From contig NW_021836889.1 of NCBI RefSeq assembly GCF_006345805.1, forward strand, positions 1 to 22,409: a DNA stretch of 22,409 nucleotides, written 5' to 3'. A model generated the notes under the pieces. That model was not told the origin of the DNA. It searched no databases and saw nothing but the letters and a program-made list of their open reading frames with translations. Position numbers and translations under genes: made by a program. Positions 21,172 through 22,409 of the stretch are shown piece by piece. Within the stretch, counting starts at the first letter, position 1. Each line of letters starts with the position of its first letter. The DNA is from Octopus sinensis (Eukaryota).

Positions 21172-21665
21172 TCATAACTACAACTGTCACCATTACGACT
21201 GTCACAACTATTACCATAACTGCTGTCACGATCAATGTCATAAGCACTATAATAACCACCGCATCTACCGCTATTACGACAGTCGCAGCTATTATCATAG
21301 CTACTGTCGCAAACAATGTCATAACCACTATAACTACATCAACTACTGCCATTACGACTGTCACAACTGCTATTACAACGATTGTCACAATCAATGTTAT
21401 AACTACTATCATAATCACCACAACTATTGTCATTGCAATTGCCACAGCTCTTATCATAAATTCTGTTGCAATCAATGTTATAGCCACTATGATAATACCA
21501 CAACTACCATCATTACGACTGTCACAGTTATTATCGTAACTGTTGTCACAAACAATGTCATAAGCACTATCGTAATCAAGAAAACTACTACCATTCGATT
21601 GTCACAGTTATTATTATTATCACTGATGTCACAATCAATGTCACAGTAACCATCATTGCAACTAC
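21172..21665. repeat. ~80-bp degenerate minisatellite, ~6 units
   Basis: cattacgactgtcaca-like anchors at ~21191, 21272, 21350, 21431, 21511, 21592; caatgtcataagcactat-like anchors in the same phase. Confidence 0.85.
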
Positions 21666-21798
21666 TACCGCAACAACCACACACACACACACACATACAC
21701 CACTACCGACGCCAACACCATTACCACCACCAACACCACCATCTCCACCATCACCACTCCCACCAGTACCACCACCACCACCACCAGCAACAGCAGTG

Positions 21799-22200
21799 GA
21801 AGCGCAATGGCTCAATGGTTAGGGCAGCGGACTCGCAGTTGGAGGATCGCGGTTTCGATTCCCAGAACGGGCGTTGTGTGTGTTTATTGCGCCGAAATAC
21901 CTAAAGCTCCACGAGGCTCCGGCAGGGGGTGGTAGCGACCCCTTTTGTAATCTTTCGCTCCAACTTTCTCTCACTCTTTCTTCCTGTTTCTTGTACCCGA
22001 CTTCCTACGGAACCGCTGAGCCTGGATGCGCATTCATCCATCCGTCGATGCTGTCGGTGTCGGGGGTTGACCTGCTTTCTCTTCAGCGAGTCTTACGAAT
22101 AGCAATGGACCTCATTGCGGACTTCTCCCACTACAGGAGGCGCGATCTTGCGAGCTCTGGGATTAAGACCGCTTCGCTCAACAATCAAACAAACAAACAA
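21799..22200 (+). mobile_element. tRNA-derived SINE, family 4, with (CAAA)n tail
   Basis: A-box tggctcaatgg, B-box-like ggtttcgattcc, unique body, ends in caaacaaacaaacaa. Confidence 0.7.
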
Positions 22201-22313
22201 GCAGCAACAACAACAAATACAACAGCAACAACAACAATGACGGGAATGTAATTATCAACCCGACATCATTAACCCGGTAATACCAATTCCACCACCATCA
22301 CCAATACCGCTAC

Positions 22314-22409
22314 CAGTATCTCTTTCTTTACTACCCACAAGGGGCTAAACACAGAGAGGACAAATAATGACAGACAAACAGATCAAGTCGATTATGTCGA
22401 CCCAGTACG
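22314..22409 (-). mobile_element. SINE family 2 3' part, truncated by window edge
   Basis: tttctttactacccacaaggggctaaacacagag is the reverse complement of about 8557-8589. Confidence 0.85.

Noticed and set aside
21799-21875. Possible tRNA gene
   Set aside because: A and B boxes are present but I could not close a cloverleaf, and it continues into a SINE body and (CAAA)n tail.
22066-22090. Minus-strand CUGAAGA immediately followed by GAAA
   Set aside because: No room for stem II and no stem I.

Overview
Eukaryotic, AT-rich, microsatellite-saturated non-coding DNA. The tRNA-derived SINE families and simple-repeat load suggest an octopus/coleoid cephalopod genome (inference from recalled repeat families, not a database result). 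No intact protein-coding gene is supportable: the listed ORFs are almost all translations of simple repeats or SINEs. Recognisable relics are a Tigger/pogo transposase, two internally deleted Tc1/mariner elements, an RTE-clade LINE 3' fragment, a hAT-like MITE and about a dozen SINE copies. The main signal is a set of short elements sitting between (TA)n tracts that carry type I hammerhead ribozyme folds. Three are complete by hand-folding (1352-1412 +, 1665-1767 +, 5419-5479 -) and one is minimal/degenerate (16378-16412 -). Two of the complete ones lie in long palindromes whose other arm holds a disabled copy. This resembles Penelope-like pseudo-LTR or retrozyme biology. Weaker candidates are a 7-nt microexon (10523-10529 +) and a TATA-Inr-first-exon unit (18352-18494 -). 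Repeat boundaries are approximate.
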